From Pseudomonas phage pPa_SNUABM_DT01: a DNA stretch of 64,000 nucleotides. The notes below the pieces were generated by a model. The model saw only the letters and a program-made list of their open reading frames with translations, was not told the DNA's origin and did no database searches. Below are positions 37,226 through 45,621 of the stretch, in pieces. How positions within the stretch are numbered: the stretch's first letter is position 1; every line of letters starts with the position of its first letter. Where the stretch lies: the sequence record MW735835.1. The stretch is one strand, 5' to 3'. Made by a program: the position numbers and the translations under genes.

Positions 37226-38830
37226 ATGAGCGACAATCAAAACGGCCAAGGTGGCATGGACGAGATCGATGGCGATCCGGCTGAGAACATGATCCAGGAC
37301 CCTGACGCGCCTCAAGGTGCTGATGCCTTTGCCGCTGCCGCGCAACAAGCCGCTGCTGCTGGTCCCGAGACTCCGGCTGAGAAACAGCCTGAGCCGAAAG
37401 TGGAAATCGAAGGTCTGTGGGATGAGGTCGACCAACCCAACCCGCACGTAACCCACAACGCCTCCATGTTCCATCGTCAGGCTCTGGCACCGACTCAGGT
37501 CGGCCTGGCAGCCCTGCACGTGGGCATGCGTGAGCTGGACATGATCATGGAAGCCCGTGGTCTGAACAACCTCACCGAAGAGAAGGCCAAGTCCCTCTCG
37601 AACGCTGACCGTCGCATGGTCAACCTAGCTCGTAACCTGACCACCATCTACCAAGACATCTACTTCGACGATGTCGACAAGGCCGGCAACTGGCACGCCA
37701 CGGTCATGCACAACGAGACCGCCCTCGGCGCTGGTAAGGTGAAAGCCGCCAACATCAAGGACCCGGTACTCGCCATTCGTGCGACCTTCGGCCAGGGTTC
37801 TCAGGTTCAGATCCCGCTGTGGTCCACTGGCCTGTGGGTGACCTTCCGTGCGCCGACCATCCAGGAACTGCTGGACTTCGAACAGAAGTGCCGCCTGGAG
37901 AAGATGAACCTCGGTCGTTCTTCCAACGGCATGGTCTTCTCGGCCGTCGAGGTGTACACCGTCGAGACTTACATGCGCTTCGCTCTGGAGCACGTGATCT
38001 CGGTGAACTACGCCTTCGAGACCGCTGACCACGTCGAAGAACTGCTGACCGTGATCCGTTCGCGCGATTACCAGCAGGTCGTGTGGGGCATGGTCTGTGC
38101 CATGTATCCGGATGGCTACCCGCTGCGTCAGCCGTGCGTGGCCAACCCCGATACCTGCGACCACCTGGACGAGGTTCTGCTGAACTTCGCCCGCATGGGC
38201 TTCGTGGACCGCGACAAGATCAGCGACAAGCAAGCGTTGATGATGGCCTCGCGTTCCACCAAGCGTGATCGCAAGTGGCTGGAAGAATACCAGGCCGAGT
38301 TCCCGTTCTTCGAGAAGCGCATCAACGTCGGCAATGGCCTGACTGCGGTACTGCGTTGCTCCTCGCTGGCCGAACAGATCGATGCAGGCCACCTGTGGGT
38401 GGACGGTATCTCCAAGGCAACCAACGAAGCCTTCGGTGCCCGTCTGTCCGAGATGGACCGCATCCGTCACATCATGCGTTCGGGCGCATTGACCAACCTG
38501 CGTCAGTACGGCCACTGGGTCGCCCAGTTCGAACACAAGACCGACCCGGAAGCTGCGCCGATCATTCACGCCGACTTCGAGAACAAGGACCGCATCCTCG
38601 AGTTGCTGTCTGAAGACCCGCAAGTCAGCGAGATGCTGACCAACGAGATCGTCGAGTGGATCAAGAAGTCGACCGTGTCCTACACTGCGCTGGCCAAGAC
38701 ACCGTGCCCGGCCTGCCAGAAGGAACCGGAAGACAAGACTCATCCGCACCTCATCCCGATCGACATCGGTTACGTTTTTTTCACCCTAGCCGCACTGAAG
38801 ATCAGCCAAGTAGAAGGCGCGGCGGTGTAA
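37226..38830 (+). CDS. hypothetical abundant protein with acidic disordered N-terminus
   Basis: AAGG Shine-Dalgarno element and strong codon bias. The N-terminal ~70 aa are D/E/P/A/Q-rich. 534 aa, probably structural. Confidence 0.85.
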   Translation: MSDNQNGQGGMDEIDGDPAENMIQDPDAPQGADAFAAAAQQAAAAGPETPAEKQPEPKVEIEGLWDEVDQPNPHVTHNASMFHRQALAPTQVGLAALHVGMRELDMIMEARGLNNLTEEKAKSLSNADRRMVNLARNLTTIYQDIYFDDVDKAGNWHATVMHNETALGAGKVKAANIKDPVLAIRATFGQGSQVQIPLWSTGLWVTFRAPTIQELLDFEQKCRLEKMNLGRSSNGMVFSAVEVYTVETYMRFALEHVISVNYAFETADHVEELLTVIRSRDYQQVVWGMVCAMYPDGYPLRQPCVANPDTCDHLDEVLLNFARMGFVDRDKISDKQALMMASRSTKRDRKWLEEYQAEFPFFEKRINVGNGLTAVLRCSSLAEQIDAGHLWVDGISKATNEAFGARLSEMDRIRHIMRSGALTNLRQYGHWVAQFEHKTDPEAAPIIHADFENKDRILELLSEDPQVSEMLTNEIVEWIKKSTVSYTALAKTPCPACQKEPEDKTHPHLIPIDIGYVFFTLAALKISQVEGAAV

Positions 38831-38919
38831 CCCTAGCAATAGGAGAACACGTCGGAGACCGAAGCTTCGGCTTAAAGCAGATCGGCAATCGTGATGAGCC
38901 TTCGCACCTGGACAGAATC

Positions 38920-39285
38920 TTGGGTACCTACGACAAGACGCTGGACAGTATCCAAGCGGAGATCATCACGAGGGAGTGTTACGACGAGTACTTCGGCATT
39001 TACGCTCAGAGTACCCAAGGAGCTTCTCCTTGGGCTTTGGCCGCGATGCATGAGCCGGAAGACCTAGGTAAGGTGGACCCGTTCGATGTGTACCTTGAGC
39101 GATACTTGGTCGCCAACGTGCTGAAGTACACGGGAATCAACTTTCAAGATTTCATGAAGTTGCCCCGTGATCGAGCGGAAGCCATGTTGAAAAGGTGTGA
39201 CTCGTTGTCCTCGAAAGAAGACAGTGATGTGGCCAACCTCGTCAACGGGCGGAACGCCAAGCAACCGACGATGAAACCGAAATAA
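38920..39285 (+). CDS. hypothetical protein (start unresolved)
   Basis: The frame is open from 38656 inside the previous gene. There is no in-frame ATG or Shine-Dalgarno element near the intergenic region, so TTG 38920 was taken arbitrarily. Codon bias is weaker. Confidence 0.3.
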   Translation: MGTYDKTLDSIQAEIITRECYDEYFGIYAQSTQGASPWALAAMHEPEDLGKVDPFDVYLERYLVANVLKYTGINFQDFMKLPRDRAEAMLKRCDSLSSKEDSDVANLVNGRNAKQPTMKPK

Positions 39286-39315
39286 GGAGGAGGGGTTCGC
39301 CCCTCCTCTATTCCA
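39286..39315 (+). terminator. terminator-like hairpin
   Basis: GGAGGAGGGG-TTCG-CCCCTCCTC followed by a weak T-tract. Confidence 0.5.
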
Positions 39316-39328
39316 TCTCACAGTGACG

Positions 39329-39338
39329 ATACATTATC
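39329..39338 (+). promoter_or_regulatory. candidate promoter motif ATACATTATC
   Basis: Lies 27 nt upstream of the 39365 start. Confidence 0.3.
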
Positions 39339-39364
39339 CAACTGTCTATCCATCGGAGTTCATC

Positions 39365-39871
39365 ATGTCTGATAAACGCAGTGGTATCGAGAAACTGACC
39401 AACCCGGAAGCACTTTTGCAGGGCTATTGGCAATCAGTGGTCCACCAGTACCGGGAAACCGATTACATTATCGTGGACGAGGACATCCGCGATATCGTCG
39501 CCAAGATCAACGAAGTTTCCGGGGTCTTGGTGACCGACTGCTGCGCCTCCCATCCGGAGCGTGAGCGTCATAACCTCTACCTGGCCTTCCTCCCAACCAC
39601 CGAAGGCTTTGATTTCCTCGCCGACCTGTATAACCACTTCGTGGGCCAGGTGTTGAACGAGGCAGTCATTGGTAATCTGGTCTCGCAGATCCAATTCCGT
39701 GTTCGTCATCGACAAGTCGATGTGAAATTCCAGGAGTGGGGCACCATTTGGAGCATCCGTCTCCCGGTGGACGATCAGAACGTGAAAGATCGTGCACTCA
39801 CCTGCCTCAGGAGGGCTGTTGACAATGCCATTGGAGATCTTAGACGAGAACCTGTGGGCGATCCAAGCTGA
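39365..39871 (+). CDS. hypothetical protein
   Basis: ATG 39365 with GGAG 8 nt upstream. 168 aa. Confidence 0.6.
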   Translation: MSDKRSGIEKLTNPEALLQGYWQSVVHQYRETDYIIVDEDIRDIVAKINEVSGVLVTDCCASHPERERHNLYLAFLPTTEGFDFLADLYNHFVGQVLNEAVIGNLVSQIQFRVRHRQVDVKFQEWGTIWSIRLPVDDQNVKDRALTCLRRAVDNAIGDLRREPVGDPS

Positions 39872-40286
39872 CACCCGCGTCATCACTGTCAACATGGTGG
39901 GTGCCATGGGTGCAGGAGTCGCCAGAACGGCCAGGAATACCATCCCTGGGCTGTACAAGCACTACCGCAAGATGATCACCCAGATCGAACCCACCCAGTT
40001 CATCACTTACCAACATGACGGCATCCGTTATTTGCTGATTCCCACGAAGCTGGATTGGCGAGACCCTTCGCCACGTGGGTTGGTGGTGCACAATTTCTGT
40101 AAACTGGTGGTCTTAGCCAACCGCCACCGCTTAGGCACCATCGTACTGCCGCCCATGGGGTGTGGGAACGGCCAGTTGGACTGGGAGAATGACATCCAGT
40201 ACCTCTACAAGTCGTTGTTGCCGTATCAAGAGACCAAGTTCATCGCCGCGTTAGGCGACATGAGGAGCAGGAATGGAAGGTCCTAA
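39825..40286 (+). CDS. macro domain protein (ADP-ribose binding / processing)
   Basis: VITVNMVGAMGAGVARTARN resembles the macro signature VNAAN..L..GGGV. TIVLPPMGCGNGQLDWE resembles the second macro motif IAFP.ISTG.YG. AGGAGG Shine-Dalgarno element with a 9-nt spacer. Confidence 0.75.
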   Translation: MPLEILDENLWAIQADTRVITVNMVGAMGAGVARTARNTIPGLYKHYRKMITQIEPTQFITYQHDGIRYLLIPTKLDWRDPSPRGLVVHNFCKLVVLANRHRLGTIVLPPMGCGNGQLDWENDIQYLYKSLLPYQETKFIAALGDMRSRNGRS

Positions 40287-41166
40287 TTACTTCCGCGATG
40301 CGTTCGGGTATTTCAAGCGAAAGACAGTGATCCCTGGGACCGATGGACTCGCCAATGCGATGCAGTCGGCCATCAAGGCTCACAAGTTCGTGTTGCCGGA
40401 AGGTGGGCGGGTGCTGGATAACGACTTGCGGGCTCTGCCTGACATCGTTCGTTTGCCGTACCCTACGTTGGTGCTCGAATATGCCTGCGAAGAAGACGTC
40501 CTCAGACCAATTGCTCAAGAGGCTGTTGACAAGGGCAGTGATGACGCCGAGATCCAGTTCATGCTCAAGGGCGGTTTCCGTCGAGACAAGCTGATCGTCA
40601 TCGCCATGCAGAAAGATGACAAGGACATCGACGTCTTTATCATCTTCCATTCCCCATTGCAGAACAACTGGGCTAGCCCGCCGTTCGAATGCACCATTCC
40701 GTCGAAAAAAGAAGAAGTGATGAACTTCCTTGATTCGGCTATCATCCCTGTTCGGGTTGAAAGTGACCATGGGATGTCGCAGGAATGGTTCCAGAAGATC
40801 GTCTGGGCCACCATGCAAGGACCTGTGCGTGCTATTTACGAGGTCGTTGAGGCGCTCTCGTTCAGTAACATCACGGAGATGGACATCCCTGCGAAGAAGA
40901 TGACCTTCACCGAAAGCCGGAAGAAGGCCTTGCCCTACGACAGCTACAAAGTGCTCGTGGTGGACAAGACTCAGAAGATCGTTGGTGCAGGGCGAAGCGA
41001 ACAACGAGCACCGGTGCAGCCTGGCGAGCGTCGTCAGAGCCGTGAGCACACCCGTCGAGGTCATGACCGTACCTATAAACGGTCCGGCAAGAAGATCTGG
41101 ATCAATCCCATGGTGATCAACGCCGGAGTGGGCGGAACGATCATCAAAGACTACTCAGTGAAATAG
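40273..41166 (+). CDS. hypothetical protein
   Basis: GAGGAG Shine-Dalgarno element. 297 aa with a basic C-terminal region. No motif. Confidence 0.7.
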   Translation: MEGPNYFRDAFGYFKRKTVIPGTDGLANAMQSAIKAHKFVLPEGGRVLDNDLRALPDIVRLPYPTLVLEYACEEDVLRPIAQEAVDKGSDDAEIQFMLKGGFRRDKLIVIAMQKDDKDIDVFIIFHSPLQNNWASPPFECTIPSKKEEVMNFLDSAIIPVRVESDHGMSQEWFQKIVWATMQGPVRAIYEVVEALSFSNITEMDIPAKKMTFTESRKKALPYDSYKVLVVDKTQKIVGAGRSEQRAPVQPGERRQSREHTRRGHDRTYKRSGKKIWINPMVINAGVGGTIIKDYSVK

Positions 41167-41177
41167 GAGCGTCACCT

Positions 41178-41651
41178 GTGAAAGAGAAGAAACAAGTCCG
41201 TCTGGTCAACATCAGCAAAGCCCGCGTACAGAAGATCGATCCGAAGCTGCCATTGGTGTCCATCACCGACCGTTACAGCAACGGCGTCTCCATTCCGTAC
41301 AAGGATCAGCGCCCCTTGTTGCAACTGGAGTTCTTCCCGCGCGACCATGCGCCGGAGATCGCAGTCGAGCACTGCATGACCATCGAGCGCGCAGATCAGC
41401 TGATCAAGTTCGTCGAAGAGCAGCGTGAGGCCGGTGCTGAGGTGATCTACATCCACTGCACCGAAGGTCGTGTGCGCTCCTATTCGGTCTGTGCTGCACT
41501 GGAAAGCCTGCCGGGCTTCTACCATGACCACTCCGATGCCTGCATCAAAACGGGTATCCTGGACCGCTACACCTACAACCTCCTGGGTGATCGTTGCGAC
41601 GCTTACGACGAAGCCCGCTCGGCTGGCGCCGAAGAGGAAGCAGCCTCGTAA
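41178..41651 (+). CDS. Cys-based protein phosphatase (CX5R, dual-specificity-phosphatase-like)
   Basis: VIYIHCTEGRVRS carries the HC-x5-R(S) phosphatase P-loop. GTG start with AGGAG upstream. Confidence 0.7.
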   Translation: MKEKKQVRLVNISKARVQKIDPKLPLVSITDRYSNGVSIPYKDQRPLLQLEFFPRDHAPEIAVEHCMTIERADQLIKFVEEQREAGAEVIYIHCTEGRVRSYSVCAALESLPGFYHDHSDACIKTGILDRYTYNLLGDRCDAYDEARSAGAEEEAAS

Positions 41652-41909
41652 AAAAGTACCACGAGGGGATAGTGTATGCGAAATACGTTGGCACGCCGTG
41701 ATGCCAGCGCCCCTTTCGGATCGCCAGTCACGCGTGATCACATCCTCGGCCTCTCACGGCGGCGCGAGGACTGGTCACCGGCTGGCGATCCCCATACAGG
41801 GGACCTGTAGAGGGCTCTCTAACCCGTTCTCGCCGCCCGTACCCGTCCGTGGCACAATGGCGTGACTACGAGGTCCCCGCCTATCCTCAACCTCGGTAAG
41901 GATCTACCG
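41652..41909 (+). other. 258-nt GC-rich structured intergenic region (candidate regulatory RNA / leader)
   Basis: No ORF. A 10-bp long-range complement GGATCGCCAG (~41720) / CTGGCGATCC (~41775) and several further local hairpins. Confidence 0.3.
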
Positions 41910-42701
41910 ATGAAACAAGTCTACCTCGGCGTCAAAATCATCGTGGGCCAGCCCATGACTCGTGGTGCTTACAACGAGTACCGCGGATGGCAAACCCCGG
42001 AGCGTGAAAACGCTGAAGACGAAGGCTATCTGGTGGAATACCCGGACAGCGCGCCGAACCACCCGGACCATGCCGGGTACATCAGCTGGTCACCCAAGTC
42101 GGTCTTCGATAACAGCCACATCGCCCTTGGCGACGTGTCGAACTTCCCGCCCTTCGCCGTCCGTCTGATCGGCGAGCGCAACCAGCTGGCCAGCAACCTG
42201 GGCAAGCTGAAGACCTTCCTGGAAGGTGACGTTACCCACCTCAGTGAGCGTAACCTCGATCTGCTGAACCGTCAGGTACAGGCACAAGAAGTCCTGCTGG
42301 ACATCCTGAACCAGCGCCTGGATTCGGTTGACCTGGGCGTGAGCGTGTCCACTTCGGTTCGCGTCGAGCTGGACCTGGCCAACAACAACGCCAAAGACCT
42401 GATGGGTCTGGCAATTGCTGCTGGTGCTGAAGGTCAAGGCCCCACCGACGTCATCGTGGCACTCGAAGATGCCAAGATCGTCGATGCCGAGGGCAACGAG
42501 ATCGCCGACTCCAGCGTCGAGATCGAGAACCTGGTGCGTGGTTTCTCCGTGAGCGGCAACATCGGCGAGAACCTCTACGGTGTTGCAGTCTGCCGTGAGC
42601 GTTGCGTAGCCAACGTGCACAGCTCCTTCGTTGAAGAAGGCACCAAGCTGTCCCTGCTGGTCAAGATCGGCAGCCACAACCGCGCGCCAGCTTTCGCGTA
42701 A
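41910..42701 (+). CDS. hypothetical protein
   Basis: AAGGA Shine-Dalgarno element with an 8-nt spacer. 263 aa. Confidence 0.7.
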   Translation: MKQVYLGVKIIVGQPMTRGAYNEYRGWQTPERENAEDEGYLVEYPDSAPNHPDHAGYISWSPKSVFDNSHIALGDVSNFPPFAVRLIGERNQLASNLGKLKTFLEGDVTHLSERNLDLLNRQVQAQEVLLDILNQRLDSVDLGVSVSTSVRVELDLANNNAKDLMGLAIAAGAEGQGPTDVIVALEDAKIVDAEGNEIADSSVEIENLVRGFSVSGNIGENLYGVAVCRERCVANVHSSFVEEGTKLSLLVKIGSHNRAPAFA

Positions 42702-42761
42702 ATCGTTACGGCCTCCGTAGATAGATATGTGAAACCACTATTCATCTTACGGAGGCTTTCG

Positions 42762-42938
42762 ATGTATCGCGTCCTGTCACTCGAAAAGATTCGCCAGCAA
42801 CAAACCCCCGAGGAACTGGAGAACAATCGCCAGAAGACCTTGGAAGCATGCGCTCGTTTCAAAGAGGCTCAAGAATCCTTGGAGAAGCTCTGTGCAGAAC
42901 GAGGCATCGAAGTGCCCGTGATGATGTGCGCTGCCTGA
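42762..42938 (+). CDS. hypothetical small protein
   Basis: GGAGG 8 nt upstream of ATG 42762. 58 aa with a predicted coiled-coil. Confidence 0.4.
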   Translation: MYRVLSLEKIRQQQTPEELENNRQKTLEACARFKEAQESLEKLCAERGIEVPVMMCAA

Positions 42939-42939
42939 T

Positions 42940-43350
42940 GTCGGAGGCTCCCTAGACGTGGATGCGTTGCACGGCTTGCGTCCATTCATGTCAGGGGTGG
43001 TTCCCGGGGTACGGGGAGCCTCCACATTCTCAAGCCTGTACTCTGCCTATGGTATGTCGACCGAAGATTTCTTCCCTCGATGTGCTATGGCCCGAGACGA
43101 ACTGCGATTCAGGGGCGGTCCTGGCTTGAGAAAGGCTCCAGCTTCAACTGGAGTCGAGTCCCAACGAATTACGACAGCTCAAGGCGCTGCTGCGCTTGGA
43201 TTGGGAGATCCCGGTCGGCTGTCACCTGTTCGGAAAAGGCCCGGGTTAGCGGGCATCGGGCCAGCGGCAGCCTTTTGGCAGCGCGCGATAATGGCCGGCA
43301 GCCTACGTGGTAGCCATCCGCCGGCGCCCGGGCCTTTTCCACCTAGTTGT
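42940..43350 (+). ncRNA. candidate structured non-coding leader upstream of the tRNA pair
   Basis: About 410 nt without a credible ORF. Perfect long-range complements GGAGGCTCCC (42946-42955) / GGGAGCCTCC (43012-43021) and GGAAAAGGCCCGGG (43238-43251) / CCCGGGCCTTTTCC (43327-43340). Also a hairpin CTCCAG-CTTCAA-CTGGAG. Confidence 0.35.
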
Positions 43351-43426
43351 TCCGCGATAGCTCAGTTGGTAGAGCAGCAGACTGTTAATCTGTTGGTCCC
43401 TGGTTCGAGTCCAGGTCGCGGAGCCA
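43351..43426 (+). tRNA. tRNA-Asn (anticodon GTT)
   Basis: Cloverleaf by hand. Acceptor TCCGCGA/TCGCGGA, D-arm GCTC-AGTTGGTA-GAGC, anticodon arm GCAGA-CTGTTAA-TCTGT, T-arm CCTGG-TTCGAGT-CCAGG, discriminator G and encoded CCA. Confidence 0.9.
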
Positions 43427-43435
43427 GCTTCACCC

Positions 43436-43512
43436 GGCTCCATAGTTCAGTTGGTTAGAATGCTAGCCTGTCACGCTAGAGGTCAGGGGTTCGAGTCCCC
43501 TTGGAGTCGCCA
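43436..43512 (+). tRNA. tRNA-Asp (anticodon GTC)
   Basis: Acceptor GGCTCCA/TGGAGTC (one G-U pair), D-arm GTTC-AGTTGGTTA-GAAT, anticodon arm CTAGC-CTGTCAC-GCTAG, T-arm AGGGG-TTCGAGT-CCCCT, discriminator G and CCA. Confidence 0.9.
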
Positions 43513-43529
43513 TTTTCACGGATACGATC

Positions 43530-43763
43530 ATGCACGATAGAATCGTTGAACTCGCCAACGCCCATGACGTCACCACCGCTGCTTTCGAAGCGCTCCTGAG
43601 TCAGGAGTTCTTGGCAAGAGTGAGTGTGTTCCATCGTCAGGCGAAGCATGTCACCGAAGTCATCAATCGTTTGCTGGTCGTGGTCCAAGGTGAGGAAACT
43701 CACTACATTGAACTCATGATGATCTTGATTGCTCCTGATCCGAAGTGGGTTCTCGCTCAATGA
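43530..43763 (+). CDS. hypothetical small ORF between the tRNAs and the tRNA-like element
   Basis: 77 aa with a weak Shine-Dalgarno element and mixed codon usage. It may be spurious. Confidence 0.3.
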   Translation: MHDRIVELANAHDVTTAAFEALLSQEFLARVSVFHRQAKHVTEVINRLLVVVQGEETHYIELMMILIAPDPKWVLAQ

Positions 43764-43836
43764 GGACGTGGGGCCAGCCGGTACGGCAGTCGCTCTTGAT
43801 GCTTCTAGGAGTGGGTTCAATTCCCACCCGTCCTCA
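43762..43836 (+). other. tRNA-like element (acceptor stem plus T-arm only; probable degenerate tRNA or tRNA-like structure)
   Basis: GAGGACG...CGTCCTC forms a 7-bp acceptor helix. GTGGG-TTCAATT-CCCAC is a canonical T-arm. No D-arm or anticodon arm can be folded, and there is one extra nucleotide between the T-stem and the acceptor stem. Confidence 0.35.
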
Positions 43837-44219
43837 ACCCATTCAAAGTTTCTGTTGTGCGGCGGCCGCTGTGCAACGGGATGCCGAGAGATAACTCTAG
43901 AAGGTCCAGAATCCGCCGTGGGAGGCAGACTTCCGACCTCTGGGGGCGATTGCAGTCGTCGTTCTCTTGGTTACAGTGCTAGGGACCATCCCGCCCGATA
44001 CGGTGCAAGGCTGCGACGAATTCCACAAACACGACTCCCTAGAGTGCACGCTAGAGGAGCAGCCGTACCTGAGGTCCATCCAGGTGGCGGTGTTGTAGTG
44101 TCACCCTGATGGACTGCTGTACGTTCTGGACTGGTTCCAGCCGCGGCACGTGACTACGGTAGAATAGCAACCGGTTCCGCCTCTGGCTGCCCGCTTGACC
44201 CTCGTTGGCGAGCGGGCAG
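43837..44219 (+). ncRNA. candidate ~400-nt non-coding RNA ending in a terminator hairpin
   Basis: GC-rich with no credible ORF. It ends with a perfect 9-bp hairpin CTGCCCGCT-(15 nt)-AGCGGGCAG followed by TTATGCCG, the terminator family used elsewhere in this window. Confidence 0.3.
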
Positions 44220-44270
44220 TTATGCCGTTTCAACTACTTGGAACTGACTATAACAAGGACATCGGCCAAC

Positions 44271-44648
44271 ATGCACTACTTCCTGTTCTACCCAGCTCTC
44301 AACGCCTCATTCAACGACAGCACGGAACTGCTCGCTAAGTTCATGTGCCTGGGGGAGAATATCGTCGTGGCGATGGAGAAGGGTATTGAGAAGACTAAGC
44401 GAGTGGAGGAGGACGAACTCGAAGCACCACTGCTGCACCTTGTGACTGGCTTCAATGTCCGGCGCATTGAGCAGAAGTTCAACGCCATTGTAGAGAAAGT
44501 GATTGCTCGTTTCGGACAAGGATTGGAGCCCTCTCAGCCGAGCGAGAAAGGTAAACTGTCGATGATCGCCCTCCTGCTTGTACAGGACCGCTGGGACATC
44601 ATCGAGCAAGTAATAGACACTACGCCTTTGGCAATGCTGAGGCCGTAA
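44271..44648 (+). CDS. hypothetical protein
   Basis: AAGGA 12 nt upstream of ATG 44271. 125 aa. Confidence 0.55.
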   Translation: MHYFLFYPALNASFNDSTELLAKFMCLGENIVVAMEKGIEKTKRVEEDELEAPLLHLVTGFNVRRIEQKFNAIVEKVIARFGQGLEPSQPSEKGKLSMIALLLVQDRWDIIEQVIDTTPLAMLRP

Positions 44649-44658
44649 CCATTTCATG

Positions 44659-44685
44659 AGGGGCGGCTGTCCGCCCTTTATGCCG
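44659..44685 (+). terminator. rho-independent terminator
   Basis: GGGCGG-CTGT-CCGCCC followed by TTTATGCCG. Confidence 0.75.
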
Positions 44686-44705
44686 TCACCCAAGGAGACT
44701 CATCT

Positions 44706-45143
44706 ATGCTGTCCAATCGTGAACTGTCCAAAGCCGTGCGTTGTGAAGTGCTCGGTAAAGTCAACCGCCGCATCAACTCGCTGTGTCGCATCCACAAACC
44801 GCTGCTGTCCAAGTTGGGACGTTGCTATTACGTCGTCTCGCTGAGTAACATCAAGCGGATCAAGATCCGCGTCATGTCGGCAGAGGCGCCGCTCGACCCG
44901 ACCAAACGCTGCCTGCTGGTGAACAGAGACCTCTACTCCCAGAATGCCTACTACGGTTGGGTCAAATACGACGACGGCAAGTGCCGGTTCGAGCGTCAGA
45001 AGAAAGTCAAAGAAGGGGTGACCTACGCCGATGGTCAGATCCTCTTCGAGATGACTTTGACGGGCATGGACGATCACTTCAGTCAAGAAGACGTCCGCCA
45101 GGCGTTCAAATACTACCGGGCGAAGAAGGAGTCGAAGAAATGA
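44706..45143 (+). CDS. hypothetical protein
   Basis: CAAGGAGAC Shine-Dalgarno element. 145 aa, basic. Confidence 0.65.
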   Translation: MLSNRELSKAVRCEVLGKVNRRINSLCRIHKPLLSKLGRCYYVVSLSNIKRIKIRVMSAEAPLDPTKRCLLVNRDLYSQNAYYGWVKYDDGKCRFERQKKVKEGVTYADGQILFEMTLTGMDDHFSQEDVRQAFKYYRAKKESKK

Positions 45144-45616
45144 AGAGCCCTTTCTTTTACCTAGGCAAGCTCACTGGGTATATCCATGGCTGGTTCACGG
45201 GCTGGATGGAGGGTCGGCGTGTTGCTGCCCTGTGGCGTCAATACGGGGCACTGGAGGCCATCCCCACTCGTCTCCTGCGTAACACCGGTCCATCGGCACC
45301 GATGATGGTGCGGCGCCAACAGGTGAAGATCGCCACGTTCCATCTGCTCAACGCCCTGGACATGACCAATGGCCCGCAGATCCCCAACACAATCGCGATG
45401 GTGGAAGCCTGGCTGAGCTTCAACTCTCAAGGCGAAGACATCATCACCATGGAGAACATCTCACGTTCAAACGGGATCGTCCACTCGCTGATTGACCTCG
45501 CTGTCCGTAAAGACGGTCTGGACAAGACCCAGTTACAAGAAGCCTTCAAGGCCATGAACAAGGTGTGGGTCTGGGAGCAGTACCGTACCAACAGATTCTT
45601 GTCCGTGGGCGATTGA
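45140..45616 (+). CDS. hypothetical protein
   Basis: ATGA start/stop overlap with the upstream gene. 158 aa. Confidence 0.6.
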   Translation: MKSPFFYLGKLTGYIHGWFTGWMEGRRVAALWRQYGALEAIPTRLLRNTGPSAPMMVRRQQVKIATFHLLNALDMTNGPQIPNTIAMVEAWLSFNSQGEDIITMENISRSNGIVHSLIDLAVRKDGLDKTQLQEAFKAMNKVWVWEQYRTNRFLSVGD

Positions 45617-45621
45617 CATAA

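Noticed and set aside
42958-43458. 166-aa ORF spanning the region upstream of, and through, the tRNA genes
   Set aside because: It runs through two tRNA genes, its translation is low complexity (G/P/A/R/S), and the region is better explained by structured RNA with long inverted repeats.
43762-43836. Calling the third tRNA-like sequence a functional tRNA gene
   Set aside because: Only the acceptor helix and T-arm can be formed. No anticodon stem-loop or D-arm could be folded in any register I tried, so it is reported only as a tRNA-like element.
43729-44109. 126-aa ORF in the GC-rich region after the tRNAs
   Set aside because: No Shine-Dalgarno element, an Arg/Gly/Ser-rich featureless translation, and codon usage unlike the phage genes. 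The region is treated as candidate ncRNA.
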